Shown one piece after another: positions 36,100 through 48,800 of a stretch of 64,000 nucleotides of DNA. This DNA is from Schmidtea polychroa (Eukaryota). The stretch lies in NCBI GenBank assembly GCA_044892525.1, contig CM097885.1:51462001-51526000 (forward strand), read 5' to 3'. Every line of letters starts with the position of its first letter. Within the stretch, counting starts at the first letter, position 1. The notes beneath the pieces are model-generated. The model made no database searches and was not told where the DNA came from. It worked only from the letters and a program-made list of their open reading frames with translations. Position numbers and translations under genes: made by a program.

Positions 36100-37465
36100 A
36101 TACCGAGACATCAACAACCAACTAAACTAAATTGTTCTATTTCTCTGATATTTGGTAATTCGAGGTTTCGTCATTTCAATTTGTAATTCGTTTAAAATAT
36201 CTCGTAGCGTTTGTCCTCTTATTTGATAAAACATGAATAGTGTTATTTATCAAGTTTTTAAGATTTGTCCATTGATTATGTTTTTAATAACCTACTCAAA
36301 GTTACCGCATTGCTAAAAATATCGGACAAAAAACGGTGAAAATTGGGGTACAAATCGAATTCTTTAGCAGTTCAGCTTTATTAGAATTCTATATCTTCTC
36401 ATTGCGAGATTAATCCCAATGATTCGGCAATGTTTAATGAGCATGTTTTAAATTTTATTAGAAAATCATGTTCCGACCATCTGGTATCACATAGACTAAT
36501 TAAGGATGAATTATTCACAACCTTTATCACATAGTGTCTCTTGGACGAGGCATTAAGAAATGAAATCAATTCTTTAATAGTACCAATGGCATTACGAGGA
36601 GCCTGAATTTGCATACATTTTGATATGGAGAAATTTAAATCATGGTTGAAACATGGTGTTCTAAAGGCGTTGGACAACGTTGACTGTAATATAGATAAAA
36701 CACCCTTCAATTCTCCCATCAAAACGGAAGATCCATCTATTGCAATTCCGACACAATTTTCAAATCGACGAATTCCACAAAACTATCATTAATTTCTGAG
36801 CAATCAGATATGTCAAATATATTTCAAAAAGTAGGGATATCATCTAACATTATGCTGAAATATGTTAAAATAATATCTTTAACTTCTTCTCCACATAATG
36901 CAATGAACTCATTTTGAGTCCTGTTACTTACATAGGTGGAATTTGCCAGACTGTTTTCCAAATGACTTTTTAAAGTGATGTCACCAGCTGCAATTCGAAA
37001 ACGTAGAATTTCAAGAAAGTAATCCTCGTTTGTAATAGATTTCGTATTTAAGAGAGAACCAGCGCCCCGATGACCTCATAAGGGAATATTTTGTTTTCCC
37101 CCAAAAAGTATACTTTCGATTATTGGTTTTAATCTATTTCCATTTTCTTCACTTTGTCGAAGTCCTGCAATATTTAATTTATTTCTTATATCTCGCGATG
37201 GGGTATTAAAAGGTTTTTATTAAAATTTTCCGAAAAAACAATTGAACTTTTATGGCACTTAGTATTTTCATGACGGATCAAAACACCATCTTTACTTGAT
37301 AATTTAGAATATTGGGATACTGGCTGAGTTACTTATTCTTGCAATGGTACTTGTTGGTCCAACCCACCAAACTTTGCAAAAAAGAAGCAATATTTGCAAA
37401 AGATTCCTTTTAAATGTTTAATAAGCATTAAACAATTAAATTGTCTAAAATGTTTTTCATATAAG
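36100..37465 (-). pseudogene. Decayed hAT transposase (ZMYM1/THAP12-type)
   Basis: Minus-strand fragments GIFCKYCFFF, GHRGAG..FLEILRFRIAAGDITLKSHL..TQNE and LISLCDTRW; many frameshifts. Confidence 0.8.
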
Positions 37466-39452
37466 TGTTGAGGATACCTAAATAACAATTTAGAAATAAA
37501 TAAATAAAATTACCTGGGGAAGATCGTCATGATAAAAGGGACGATCTATGGGAACTCAGAAAAGAAAGCGGAAGCAAAAAAAATGAGAAATGAGGAAGAG
37601 GAAGGAAATAAAAGGAATCAAACATGAAAATAAAAACCAAGGTCAGTACTAATTAATTAGTACAAAAAGGAAAAGGAATTTTGATATCGTGGAAAAAGGA
37701 AAACAACAATATCCTTATCTCGACAGCTTGCCAGTGATAACAGAATTACTGGAAGAAGGCGGTTAAACAAAAAAGGGGAAAAAATATCTCGACATCTGTC
37801 GGAGATAAGGCTAACCTAGCGGGGAACGCAGAAGAAAATGAAAATGGGAAAACAAAATCTGTCGCCAGTGCCATAAACAAAAAAACTATATAAAGGAAAA
37901 CTGGTGGACACGAAAAGAGAACAAAATTTGGAAAAGTGGGAACAAAGGTTGAGACAATTTGGAAGAGACAATTTGTGAGACGATTTGAGAGACAATTTGA
38001 GAGATAAATTATTGGAGAAAAATTAGACAACGTAGGACGAAACGTTGTTGGAGAAACGATTGTGAAAAAGAATTGTAAAGAAAATAATTGCGAAGAATAA
38101 TTGTTGGAGAATAGTTGAATAAAAGAATTAGTTGGAAAATTAAACGAAAAGAAGTTACTTGAGTATTTGAATAAATTTGTAAAGAAGGTCAAAGAAAACA
38201 ACCAGCTCAAAGTCCCAGTTGATAAACCAATCAGTATGATATGTGCAATTAATTTTTCAACGTAATTGAATGTTAATAAGCCTATATCATGTGTCATTGT
38301 GATATAGACGCCAAGATTGCATTTTTTGAATCAGCCAACAGCCATTGCTAAAGATTTTGGATGTCTCGGATTTTCATCGAGTCTTTCATCTATAAAATCT
38401 CTAAAAATCAGTAAAAACACCAGTGTGTTTTGCAATTTTTCGGAAGGATTCCAGTTCAAGAAGGTGCCCAACATCTCGTCCATGCCATCATATTTCGCAC
38501 TTCTGATAACTGATAACTATGTATAACTTGTTGTCAATTCAAATTCTTTCAGATCATGGAGTTTCAGAATTAGACTTTGATTCTCAGTTTTAATGGGTTA
38601 TAATTTACTAAAACCGGTTTTCTCTGACTCCATATGTCCTTTTCCAAAAAAAGAACTATAACCCGATACAGATCAACTTTATTCAAATTTTACCACAATT
38701 ATAATTAATTACTAGATTTGCATCTTTCTTTAGTAGATATTTGTTATCACAATGTAGGTTGCCCAAGGGGTAATCACCTTTTCTGGTACGAAAATTTATA
38801 ATTCTCCTTAGGTTTACTTGAATTTTCTGTTTAATTTTTCTTGGATTTTCGTAAATGCCCTCTGATATTGTTTTCTTCGAACAACTGGCTGCTTTGTCTC
38901 TTCAGCTTTTCCTTTTATATTTTTCTGAAAAGCTTTTATCCAATATTGTTTAAATATTATTTTAATTCTTTTGCTGATTATAAGCATTTACCTAATATTG
39001 GGTAACCATTATTTTATATCGTTTGGGGATTATCGGCATTTGTCTAACACATTGGGTAAACGTTATTTTTAATCTTCTGTGGGATTATTGGAGTCCTATC
39101 AATTTAACTTACCCACCCCAAACCGGAGCTAGGTCGAGTTCACGTAAATTTCCTTTGATGATTATCTAGTTAGTCGGGTCTCAGTACTCTCCAGGTTTTC
39201 CTCAGCAGTCGGGTTTCCCGTTAACTCGGTCTCTTTATTAGCTCGGGCTTTTTATTAGCGATTAATTAAATTTTAATTAGTTTGTTATTTATTATAACTT
39301 TCTCAAGGGATCCCTAACTAAATTTCTATTATTATTTTTTGATTCGTCTCATGATTTAGATTTCAACCATACTCATTTCCCTCGATCAATATTAATTTTC
39401 ACATTTTATTAATTTTCAATTAATTTTTGCACCTTTATACATTACCCCAACA
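37466..39452 (+). mobile_element. ~2 kb LTR-like element bounded by TGTTGAGG...CCCCAACA
   Basis: Termini shared with 19543-20383; truncates the hAT remnant; no matching TSD. Confidence 0.55.
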
Positions 39453-40104
39453 GTTTGTATAATCAAGTTGTCGTTTGTTTATTTCACAGTCTCTTTTCGT
39501 TCTTCGTTCATAATAACTTCATTTGTTTTTAACTAATTTACCTTTTCTACAACTAGATTGAAGTCCAATTGAATATTCGTATATATTTCAAAATTGTTTC
39601 GTGTGCCTTTTACATTATTTTAAGACCTGTATTTTTGTTATTTATTACGATCTGTATTTTTTCAGCGTTGGATGTTTACATTTCTATTAACAATTTGGTA
39701 TGATGACTTGGGACATGGTTGAAGCAAGAATTGATCTTATTCAATAAAAATATTAGATGCACTTCTAAGTATCAAAGGTAATTTCAAATGATGTCGAAAT
39801 ATTTTCAATTTGTACAAACATTTGTATAAAAATTCGTTATCTCTTATTTGACACATGGTTAAATTCATCGGTATTCTTGAAATTTTATTACCAAAAAAGT
39901 AGTTTGTAAATGAATTATGAATAGTTTTTAAAAAACTTGAATAAATTTTACAATAATTTTGTTGAAAAGTTTCAAAAATATATTGTTTTAAATAACATTG
40001 GTATATGAAAAAAAATTCACAAAAATTTGCGACATCAATAAAAACTGAAAGAAGCTGTTAACTGATATTTTTAGAATACCTGTTTATAGGGGTGCTGAAG
40101 CTTA

Positions 40105-41340
40105 TCATTTTTTGTTGACTATAAAATAAGATTCGGAATTTACAATTTTATATGTATAAATTATAGTTTGCTTTTCTTCGAGTATTTTTTCCATCAATTC
40201 CACCAGGAAATAAAACAAATCTTCATTCTGTGTTTTCATATTAAAATTGTATCTTCTCAGCCAATCATCGGAAATTTCAATGACTCTACTGAATAGAGAT
40301 TCGATCCTTTCATTCCGAATCGAATATATATTATCCTTTATTAAGTCGAAATCTTTCTTTTCGTCGAATACTAGCTTATTTTCAATATGTTGACTTCCAT
40401 TGTTGCGTTTCATTTTAGGTAATGTTAAAGGTTTCTGACATTTGAAATCGCTGATCGCTTGTGAAGCTGCCACAAAGTAATCCACCATGAGTAGTTTGGA
40501 TTCCAATAAATTTCCCTTGAACTCATCCATTGCCTGTTTGTAACCTTCGCGCAAATCCTCCAATCGAGTAATTAAAACCGATGAAAAATGTATTGGACAT
40601 TGAACTTCCGGTTCTTTGACATAAAATAAACAATATTTGCATATTTTATGCTGGCAATCAGAAAATTGACAAAAATTCCCATTTATAATAACATTTAAAC
40701 AAATTAAACATTGGTCAGATTTTACTTCCTTATTTTCTTCATTCATTAAACAGAGCAATGAATTGTCCAAGAGTTTCAGTTTATTTTTAACGATAATATA
40801 ACGACAAAAACGTAATGTTGCTTCCAGTCTCCATTTAAAAATTAGCATCTCAGCTGGTGATTTTATGGGATAATCCAGTAGAAAGAAATTGATGAAATAG
40901 GTAAGTTTCAAGTCGTTCGATTTGTTCTCAAAACTTCCTAGTAAATATCGAATTTTCTCTTTTTCTGGAATATCAAAATCTTTTATTATTTTGGCGTTTT
41001 CAATACACCCGAAAATACTTTCTTCCAAATTCATTATTTCCTTCAGTTGGTTTTCTATAATGGGAATTGTTTCAGAAAATTGATTTACAGTAGACGCAAT
41101 ATATACAATGTTTTTGAAAATTTCACATGGGAAATTCATTCCGTTTATTTGATCTGGGTAACGGATACAGATTTCCTCAATTTTATTTCTGTCAACAGGA
41201 CATAAAGTTTCGTTATTGACGATAATCATCAAACATTCGAGACAAAATCGGTGATTTGCGTAACATTTCGTAAAACTGGAAGTCACTTCTTCTGCCAGTT
41301 CCGCATAGCATATAACACAGAAATCATTTTCAATATTCAT
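40105..41340 (-). CDS. Intronless protein with two RING-like domains (putative E3 ubiquitin ligase), ~411 aa
   Basis: CVIC..CYANHRFCLEC..CPVDR and CLIC..CQHKICKYC..CPIH; first ATG at 41340; uninterrupted ORF. Confidence 0.8.
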   Translation of the reverse strand: MNIENDFCVICYAELAEEVTSSFTKCYANHRFCLECLMIIVNNETLCPVDRNKIEEICIRYPDQINGMNFPCEIFKNIVYIASTVNQFSETIPIIENQLKEIMNLEESIFGCIENAKIIKDFDIPEKEKIRYLLGSFENKSNDLKLTYFINFFLLDYPIKSPAEMLIFKWRLEATLRFCRYIIVKNKLKLLDNSLLCLMNEENKEVKSDQCLICLNVIINGNFCQFSDCQHKICKYCLFYVKEPEVQCPIHFSSVLITRLEDLREGYKQAMDEFKGNLLESKLLMVDYFVAASQAISDFKCQKPLTLPKMKRNNGSQHIENKLVFDEKKDFDLIKDNIYSIRNERIESLFSRVIEISDDWLRRYNFNMKTQNEDLFYFLVELMEKILEEKQTIIYTYKIVNSESYFIVNKK

Positions 41341-41426
41341 TGAGAATTTAAAATGAATTTTTAATTTATATTTAAACAAATTTAAAATTTATCAATTATT
41401 AAGGAAATTAATTAAACAATTAATTA

Positions 41427-41551
<125 letters not shown>

Positions 41552-42509
41552 TAATGATAATAATAATACATCTATATAGACGACAATAGATAATAACGAT
41601 AACGTTATTAATAATAATGATAATATAATAATGGAAATATATTGATAACGCTTAGGACATCTCCAGCACCACGTTCAGTTACAATATACACTCATTAAAA
41701 CACGCATTTAAAATTTTATATTATTATTTAACTTGTCATTTGCAAGAACATTTAATTCCCAGATTTCTTTTTAATATTCTAATTGCTACAACAACCTATG
41801 GCTGACTATCAAGCATTTTAGAAACTTCTTATGCTTATAATTTTGGATTAAAATCAACATTTATCATTAACGGAAGTGATAATTGTCGAGTAAAAATACC
41901 TAAATTTACAGAAATCTACAATTTTTTACTGAGGGATCTGAATTTACTTTTTTTTATCAATCTTCAAGATGTTCACGAATTAATATCCCATGAAATCAGT
42001 ATTTGGATAGTACTTTAATTTTATAATAAATCGAAATTTATCCTTCTGATTGTCTTTAGGAATATTATCGGGATAATTTTCTTCCTTTTCGGTGTTCGAA
42101 TAATGTTTATTTCAAAAAATTAAATCAGAATTTGTTTCTTTTTTTAATTGATCTTCTGATTGTATTCAAGTAAATAAGCTTTTAATTAAATATCAGGACA
42201 AATTCAAATTTTTCTGTTGTTAGGATTTGGTTGGAGTTCTATAGCTTTTTCAAAAAAACCAATCTATTATTCTTTTCTATTAGTTTTATAATTTTCCTGT
42301 TTAATTTCTTTCCGGAATCTTCAGTTTGATTTTTATATTTTTTAAATATCGATTTTTTTATTAACTTTTTTAATTCTCTAAAGTAATAGCTTTTACTATA
42401 GAGAATTACTCTATATAGTTTTATTATTTTTATGCTCAATACAAACGACAACAACAAAGATCCAATTGCGAATAAAAATTTACACCACGCTACAATCGTC
42501 AACAAATTT

Positions 42510-42905
42510 TTATTTATTCAAATATAATTGAAGCATTGATTGTTGTAGATGTACGATTTCCGTTATTGAAATCTATTTGAATTAAAAATATAAACAAGGG
42601 GAAGTTGTTCAATCAGAAATGAAGAATCCAATGTACCTAACACTTTCTATTTCTTCCATGAACAAAATTGAAATCAGTATACGCGACAATAGTGATAAAT
42701 TAATAAAATTTAGTAAAGACACAAAAGCACATTTATCATTACATTTTAGGAAAGTAAATGAATAGAAAAGATATTTATATGAAATTGCCTTTAAATAGTT
42801 GACCTCTTATTCATCCAAATGATAAAGCTAGTAAATTTAATACCGAATTTCAGAATCCTATTTACTTGGATGGAAAATGGGAAGTGGCTCTCATGGACTT
42901 TATAA
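42510..42905 (+). pseudogene. Polinton/adintovirus penton (minor capsid)-like fragments, two tandem ORFs
   Basis: C-terminal relic NPMYLTL..NKIEISIRDNSDKLIKF..LSLHFRK overlaps the ATG (42758) of an N-terminal relic IYMKLPLNS*..HPNDKASKFNTEFQNPIYLDGKWEVAL. Confidence 0.65.
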
Positions 42906-43031
42906 TAATTCAAATGTTAAATACAATAAAAGTGTATTATATACAAGTTATGAATACTTTTACTTTAACCAAGCAAAATATGAATAAAAAATAAGTCACG
43001 ACTCTCCATTTTATTTTATATATAAAAACAC

Positions 43032-43036
<5 letters not shown>

Positions 43037-43122
<86 letters not shown>
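43037..43122. repeat. (AT)n microsatellite
   Basis: Direct reading. Confidence 0.98.
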
Positions 43123-43125
<3 letters not shown>

Positions 43126-43444
43126 CAATATATATATATTATCAATAAATCGAGTAAGGGTAGGAAATTATTTAGAATCAGATCTTAGTGTAATAAATGC
43201 TAATACATATTACAATAAACCTACTCACATGCGTATACATATATTAAAAACACACATATTAGCATTATTATTCAATACATACAAGTCATAGAGGTCAATC
43301 ACATACTATCCAACCAAAATCATGCAATGATATTGCATCTTTATTGCATATAAGTAATATCAAAACTGTAAAATTCATTACATTATTAAATAATTTTCTA
43401 TTACAGTATTTTCAACTATATTCAATCACTAATTATTGTAAAAT

Positions 43445-44252
43445 CAGTGCTCGAAGTGGAACAAAATATGTGCCGGGATAGGCATGCTGTGGCACCCGGG
43501 ATTCCAGGCTTTTATGCAGAAATTTTCAGTTGGGGGTGTTGCAAAACTTTGGGGGTGTCCAACAAATTTTGGGGGGGGTGTCCACCCATTTAATCATAAG
43601 TTTCAGGGGGTGTACCTGTTTTAATGTGGGGGGGGTGTCAAACAATTTTGGGGGGTGGGTAAATCCCTGCGGAATTCTCATTTTTAACCAAGCAAAATGA
43701 CAGAGATTTTTTGCATGTGTAAATTTGTCTGATAAATAATCGGAAATTTTGTTTCAAATATAAAGCGTCAACGTCTTACTCTGATAGTCCTTTTGGTAAT
43801 AGCCCATTTTCTCACATTACCTCAAAAAAACTGCAAATTCACTTAACTTTCTACGTGCTTTTATTCAACATTTAATTACAGTAAAATATATTAAAGAACT
43901 GGTAGCACTAAATGCTGTCGAACATGTTGAGAACATATCGTCAACAGAGTGGGAGTAACACTAACAAACCCTCATAACTTGCAGATAGTACATTGATGTT
44001 TCGCTAACGGGATCATCACGGACAATTCGCGATAGGCAGTTCTTTTCGTCTGCAAGAATATATATATATATATACATACATATATGGATGTACTATGTGT
44101 GACCTTAATTGCAGTATTTGTGTGCCTATAAAATGAAATAAGTACCGGGATAAACCTATAGATTATATGAAATGAAGTGCCGGGATGCAATTCCGCCTAC
44201 ATAATCAATGCCGGGATAATATCCCGGCTATCCCGCCTCACTTCGAGCACTG
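43445..44252. mobile_element. Non-autonomous hAT element (808 bp)
   Basis: Perfect 14-bp TIR CAGTGCTCGAAGTG and perfect 8-bp TSD TGTAAAAT; subterminal GCCGGGAT repeats and internal G-tracts. Confidence 0.95.
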
Positions 44253-44319
44253 TGTAAAATAATTAATTATTTCGGTTAATGGTTACAAATTTAATAAAAA
44301 TATTATAATAAATCAAAAC

Positions 44320-45440
44320 AAATTTTCAATTAAGTAAATTAATGTCTAAAATTTTTAATTAAGTAAATTATGGTCTATATTTTTAAACTTAAATAAATTA
44401 AGGATAAATAAGCAAATTAAGGTCTAAAATTTTCAAATAAAGTAAATTATGGGTCTAATAATTGAATTAATCAAGGATCTAAAATTAAACTGAAGTAAAT
44501 TATTGATAAATAGGTAAATTATGGTCTAAAATTTTAAATTAATTAAATTAAGGTCTAAAACTTTAAATTAAGTTCTAAAATAAAGTCTAAAATTTTAAAT
44601 TAAGTAAATTAAGGTCTAAAACTTTAAATTAAGTTCTAAAATAAAGTCTAAAATTTTAAATTAAAGTAAATTAAGGGTTCAAATTAGTAATTTAAGGACC
44701 AAAATTTAAAATTAAGTAAATTAAATTAAATAGGTATTTTAAATTAAAGTTATTTTAAATTAAAATAATTAAGGTCTAAAATTCTAAATTAAGTAATTAA
44801 GTTCTACATTTTTAAATTAAAGTAAATTAATATAAAATTTAAAACTAAATTAATAATTTATTGTCAGATATTTTGAATAACTATCATCTGATGAGAAATG
44901 AAAATTTTAAATGAAAACTTTTATGAATGACAATTTTAGAAAATAAATTTTATGAAATAATTTTAGATGGAAATTATTTAAATGAAGGGATACATTTTTA
45001 AATTAAAGTAATCAAGGGTCTATATTTGAATCTTCTATATTTGGTAAACAAGGGTTAAATTAAATAAATAAAGGGTTAAAATAAAGTAAATTAAGATCTA
45101 AATTTTTAAACTTGAGTAATTAATGGTCTAGAATTAAATTAAAATTAAAATTTTTAAAATATAGTAATACTTTTAAATTTAAGTAAAGATTTTAAACCTA
45201 AAGTAATAATTTATTGTCAGATATTTTGAAAAACTATCAATGAGAATTGACAATTTGAGATGCAAATTTTTATGAAATAATTTTCAATGATAAATTTAAA
45301 TAGATTTTTTATGAAATAATAATAATAAGAGATATATTAAAAAAAAAGAGTAATTAAATGCTATATTTGGTAAATTAAATGCAAAAATTTTAAATGAAGT
45401 AAATTAAAGGATGCAATTTAAAATTAAGTAATAAATTTTG
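44320..45440 (+). repeat. Degenerate ~29-bp tandem array (AAATTAAGTAAATTAAGGTCTAAAATTTT)
   Basis: Repeated units, clearest at 44510-44680; the reverse complement recurs at 50450-50830. Confidence 0.8.
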
Positions 45441-45836
45441 AAAGATGATGAGAATTGGTAGTAATAATTAAAGAAAATTATGACTAAGATAATTAGATTT
45501 AAAGAACACTACAGTGTTAATTCTAACTGTTTTAGAATAATATTTTTCAATATATATCGTCTCTAGTTAAGTATTTTGTGGGTGAAATATTTGTAGGAAA
45601 TAATAAATTTATTATGTCTTTGTTACATAAGTCGACTTTAGCGTCAAAATGTGTTTTTAAAATAAATTTTAACTTTAAAATACCGCAATGTAATATATTT
45701 AATTTTTTTCCTACCCTTCCTTGATTTTGATTGGTTAGAATTTGTTCCTATAAACAATAATAATCTATAAACAATAATAATCTATAAACAATAATCTATC
45801 GTTAGTCATATTTAACAAATAGTTAACCTTTAAAAA

Positions 45837-48800
45837 ATGAATTCTTTAATAGAAAACGTTATGAATGTCCGAGAAAAAATTCAGAAATTTGGTAAATTTT
45901 AATTTATTGATTAATTAATTTATTAATTAATTTAGATATTATTAATGAAGACAATTTAAAATCGAAGATTAAAGGAAATTTGAAAAGAAAAAGTAAACAT
46001 AATTTTTAATTTATTGATTTAATTAATTAATAATTTAGGTAATACGAATAAAGAGAAAAATTATGTCAATGTGTCACTAAATCGAAATGAAAATTTACAA
46101 TGTAAGTATTGATTACTTTTTATAATTTAAAGGAAATTTAATATAATTTTTTATTTAAGTAAATGTTAATATTTTTAATTTAGTAAATTTTTATTTTTTA
46201 GTAAATAAAATTTGTAAAATAATAATAATTTGCAAATTTTTGCGTAAACATTTATTAAAATATTTCATTTAAATTATATTTTTTTTTATTAAATTTTTAT
46301 TTTATAGGTATACTTTACCCAAATTATTGTTCGTCAAAAGAACATGATAATAATTGCCATTCTATAATGGAGAATTATTATATGAAAGAATATTATAATA
46401 AAACTTATTTTATATGTCCCATATGCAAAACTAGTGACCCCGTAACATATAGCGTTTTTTATAATAAACATAAAAATCATTTAGATAGGTTTAATTTTAA
46501 AAAGACAGTGTTTTTAAAAGACCCTCAACTATAGAAAAAAATAATACAAATAAAAAAATTAAATTAGATACTTCTTCTTTTGAATCCCAGGACGGATTAG
46601 ATGTTGTATCCCAGGCTGGATTGTCTTTTGTTGAATCCCAGGACGGATTGCCTTTTGTTGAATCCCAAGACGGATTGGTTGTTGAATCCAATGATGGATT
46701 ATTCACTTCCTTTGATTCTTGAGATGGATTAAATATAATACAAATTGGTGGAAATGTACCGACAGTACAAAGAGATTTAAGAGGCACCCACCAAATATTA
46801 AGCTTAAATACAAGCGACTTAAATATAAAGGAAATAATATTTCCTGAACAACTAATAATAAAATTACGAGATATTATTAACGAATTAGGCTCCGTCAAAA
46901 TTCAATTTGGAATAACAATCGAATTTGAAAAAGACGGGGAAATAAAGGTTAATAATATCTCAAATTATGCAAAGCCATTAACTGCATCATTTTTTGATGA
47001 AGGCATTAGGGAATTAAATGAAAAAATTACTAATATTACCGAGTTAGGAAGCATTTAGAATATAAAAAATATAACTGAAATACATTTCACCATAACTAAA
47101 ATAAGTTGGTTAAGTAGGTTAAGTGGTAGGAGTTTCATTGAAACACCTACTTATCTAAAAAATAAATATTGTTTAATTAATATAAAAAACACTAATGATT
47201 CATGTTTTTTATATAGCATTTTAGCTATTTTAAAATATGATGAGATTAGTAGTTATGCTAGAAATAGGACATCGAGTTATAATTTATCTGACTTACTATA
47301 CGACTCGTTAGAATTACCAATGAAACTAAAAGATATTAGGAAATTTGAATCTAAAAATCCAGGTTTAATAATTATAATAATTCATATGACAATACTATAC
47401 AATTAACTGATAATTATGTATTATAACATCCGCATTTAGATATTATACATCGTTCCAAAGTTTTAAATGGAACTATAATTAATTAATTATTATTAAATAA
47501 AGGAAACAAATTCCATTACGTAGCTATAAGCAACTTAAATAAGTTAATGAATTTTCATATCAACACTACTTGTCCTACACGAATACGTTCATTATGGTGC
47601 CAGCGGTGTTTGAATGGGTTTAGGTATAAACACGCACTGGACAAACATGAAGTATTGTGTAAACGAAATCATTTAGGAACAACTCTTTACACCTTCCCTC
47701 AAAATAAATTATTACAGTTTACTGACTGGTCGAAAACAGTAACTCCTCCTTTTGTAGTTTATGCCGATTTTGAGGCTATTTTACCTTCCGATAATGTTCA
47801 TTTCCAACGACACATGCCAATATCTGCTGGTCTTTTACTTGTAAATAACTTTGATGGGTCTAAATCTTATCAACAGTTCATAGGTTTAGATTGCGACGAG
47901 AGTTTTTTAAGTGCTATAGAGGATATAGCATTAAATAAGGTTCTTCCTTTTTATTATAAAATGGGTAGGAAACCTATGATGAAATTAACAAAGATTGAAC
48001 AACGTCAATTTGTTAGTGCATCTGTTTGTTATCTTTGTATGAAATGTATCGTCGATCCTGTTAAATATGGTTTAAATAAATTTAAAAATTGGACTTTAGG
48101 TTGCATCCCAATAACGACTAAAAAATTTATTTCTTTGATTGCGCATTTAGGAAAAATTAGCTTAAGATTCATTGATTCTTATCAATTTGTTAATGATTCT
48201 TTAGCTAAAGCAGTCAAAACATTGAATACTTTACCTTTAACTAATTCTGTTTTTACTGGCACTATAGTTTCTGAAAAAGGAATCTTTCCTTATAATTTCG
48301 CTACATATTTAGATATTCTCCAAACTACTTATGAATTACCACCAATCTGGGAAGGTGTCACTGAACTCGAGTATGAAAAAGCTCAGGAGATTTGGGTTGA
48401 GACTAATTGCGTAACTTTATTAGACTACATGATGATATACTTAAAACTCGATTGTTTTCTTTTGGTTGATTTCTTTCAACAATTTCGTTTGAAATCTATT
48501 GCTCATAATAGATTAGAACCATTGAATTATTTCGGAATTCCTGGTATGTCTTGGTCTTCTGCATTAATGTCTTTAGATGAACAGATTGAATTGATAACTG
48601 AAAACGAAATGTTTAGCTTTTATGAGGGTGGAATAAGAGGTGGTCTTACTTTTGTAAATAAACATTATGTAAAAACCGTTGAAAACACTGAGTTACTTTA
48701 TATAGATATTAATAATCTTTACGGTTGGGCTTTAAGTCAATCATTACCTTGTAGTGAATTTAGTTGGGTTCTTGATGGATTTGATTTAATAATGGATGAA

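Noticed and set aside
37746..38297. 183-aa hydrophobic ORF
   Set aside because: Mostly the antisense of purine-rich low-complexity repeat sequence (GAGACAATTT units).
39453..39900. Possible integrase relic
   Set aside because: Too degraded for any diagnostic motif.
42937..43128. IYIYIY ORF (and the poly-N ORF at 56840-57055)
   Set aside because: Translations of microsatellites.
44320..45440. CRISPR-like array
   Set aside because: Degenerate tandem units with no unique spacers, no cas genes, and eukaryotic context.
46497..46898. Minus-strand ORF with NPSWDST repeats
   Set aside because: Antisense of the ESQDGL repeats in the polB N-terminal region.
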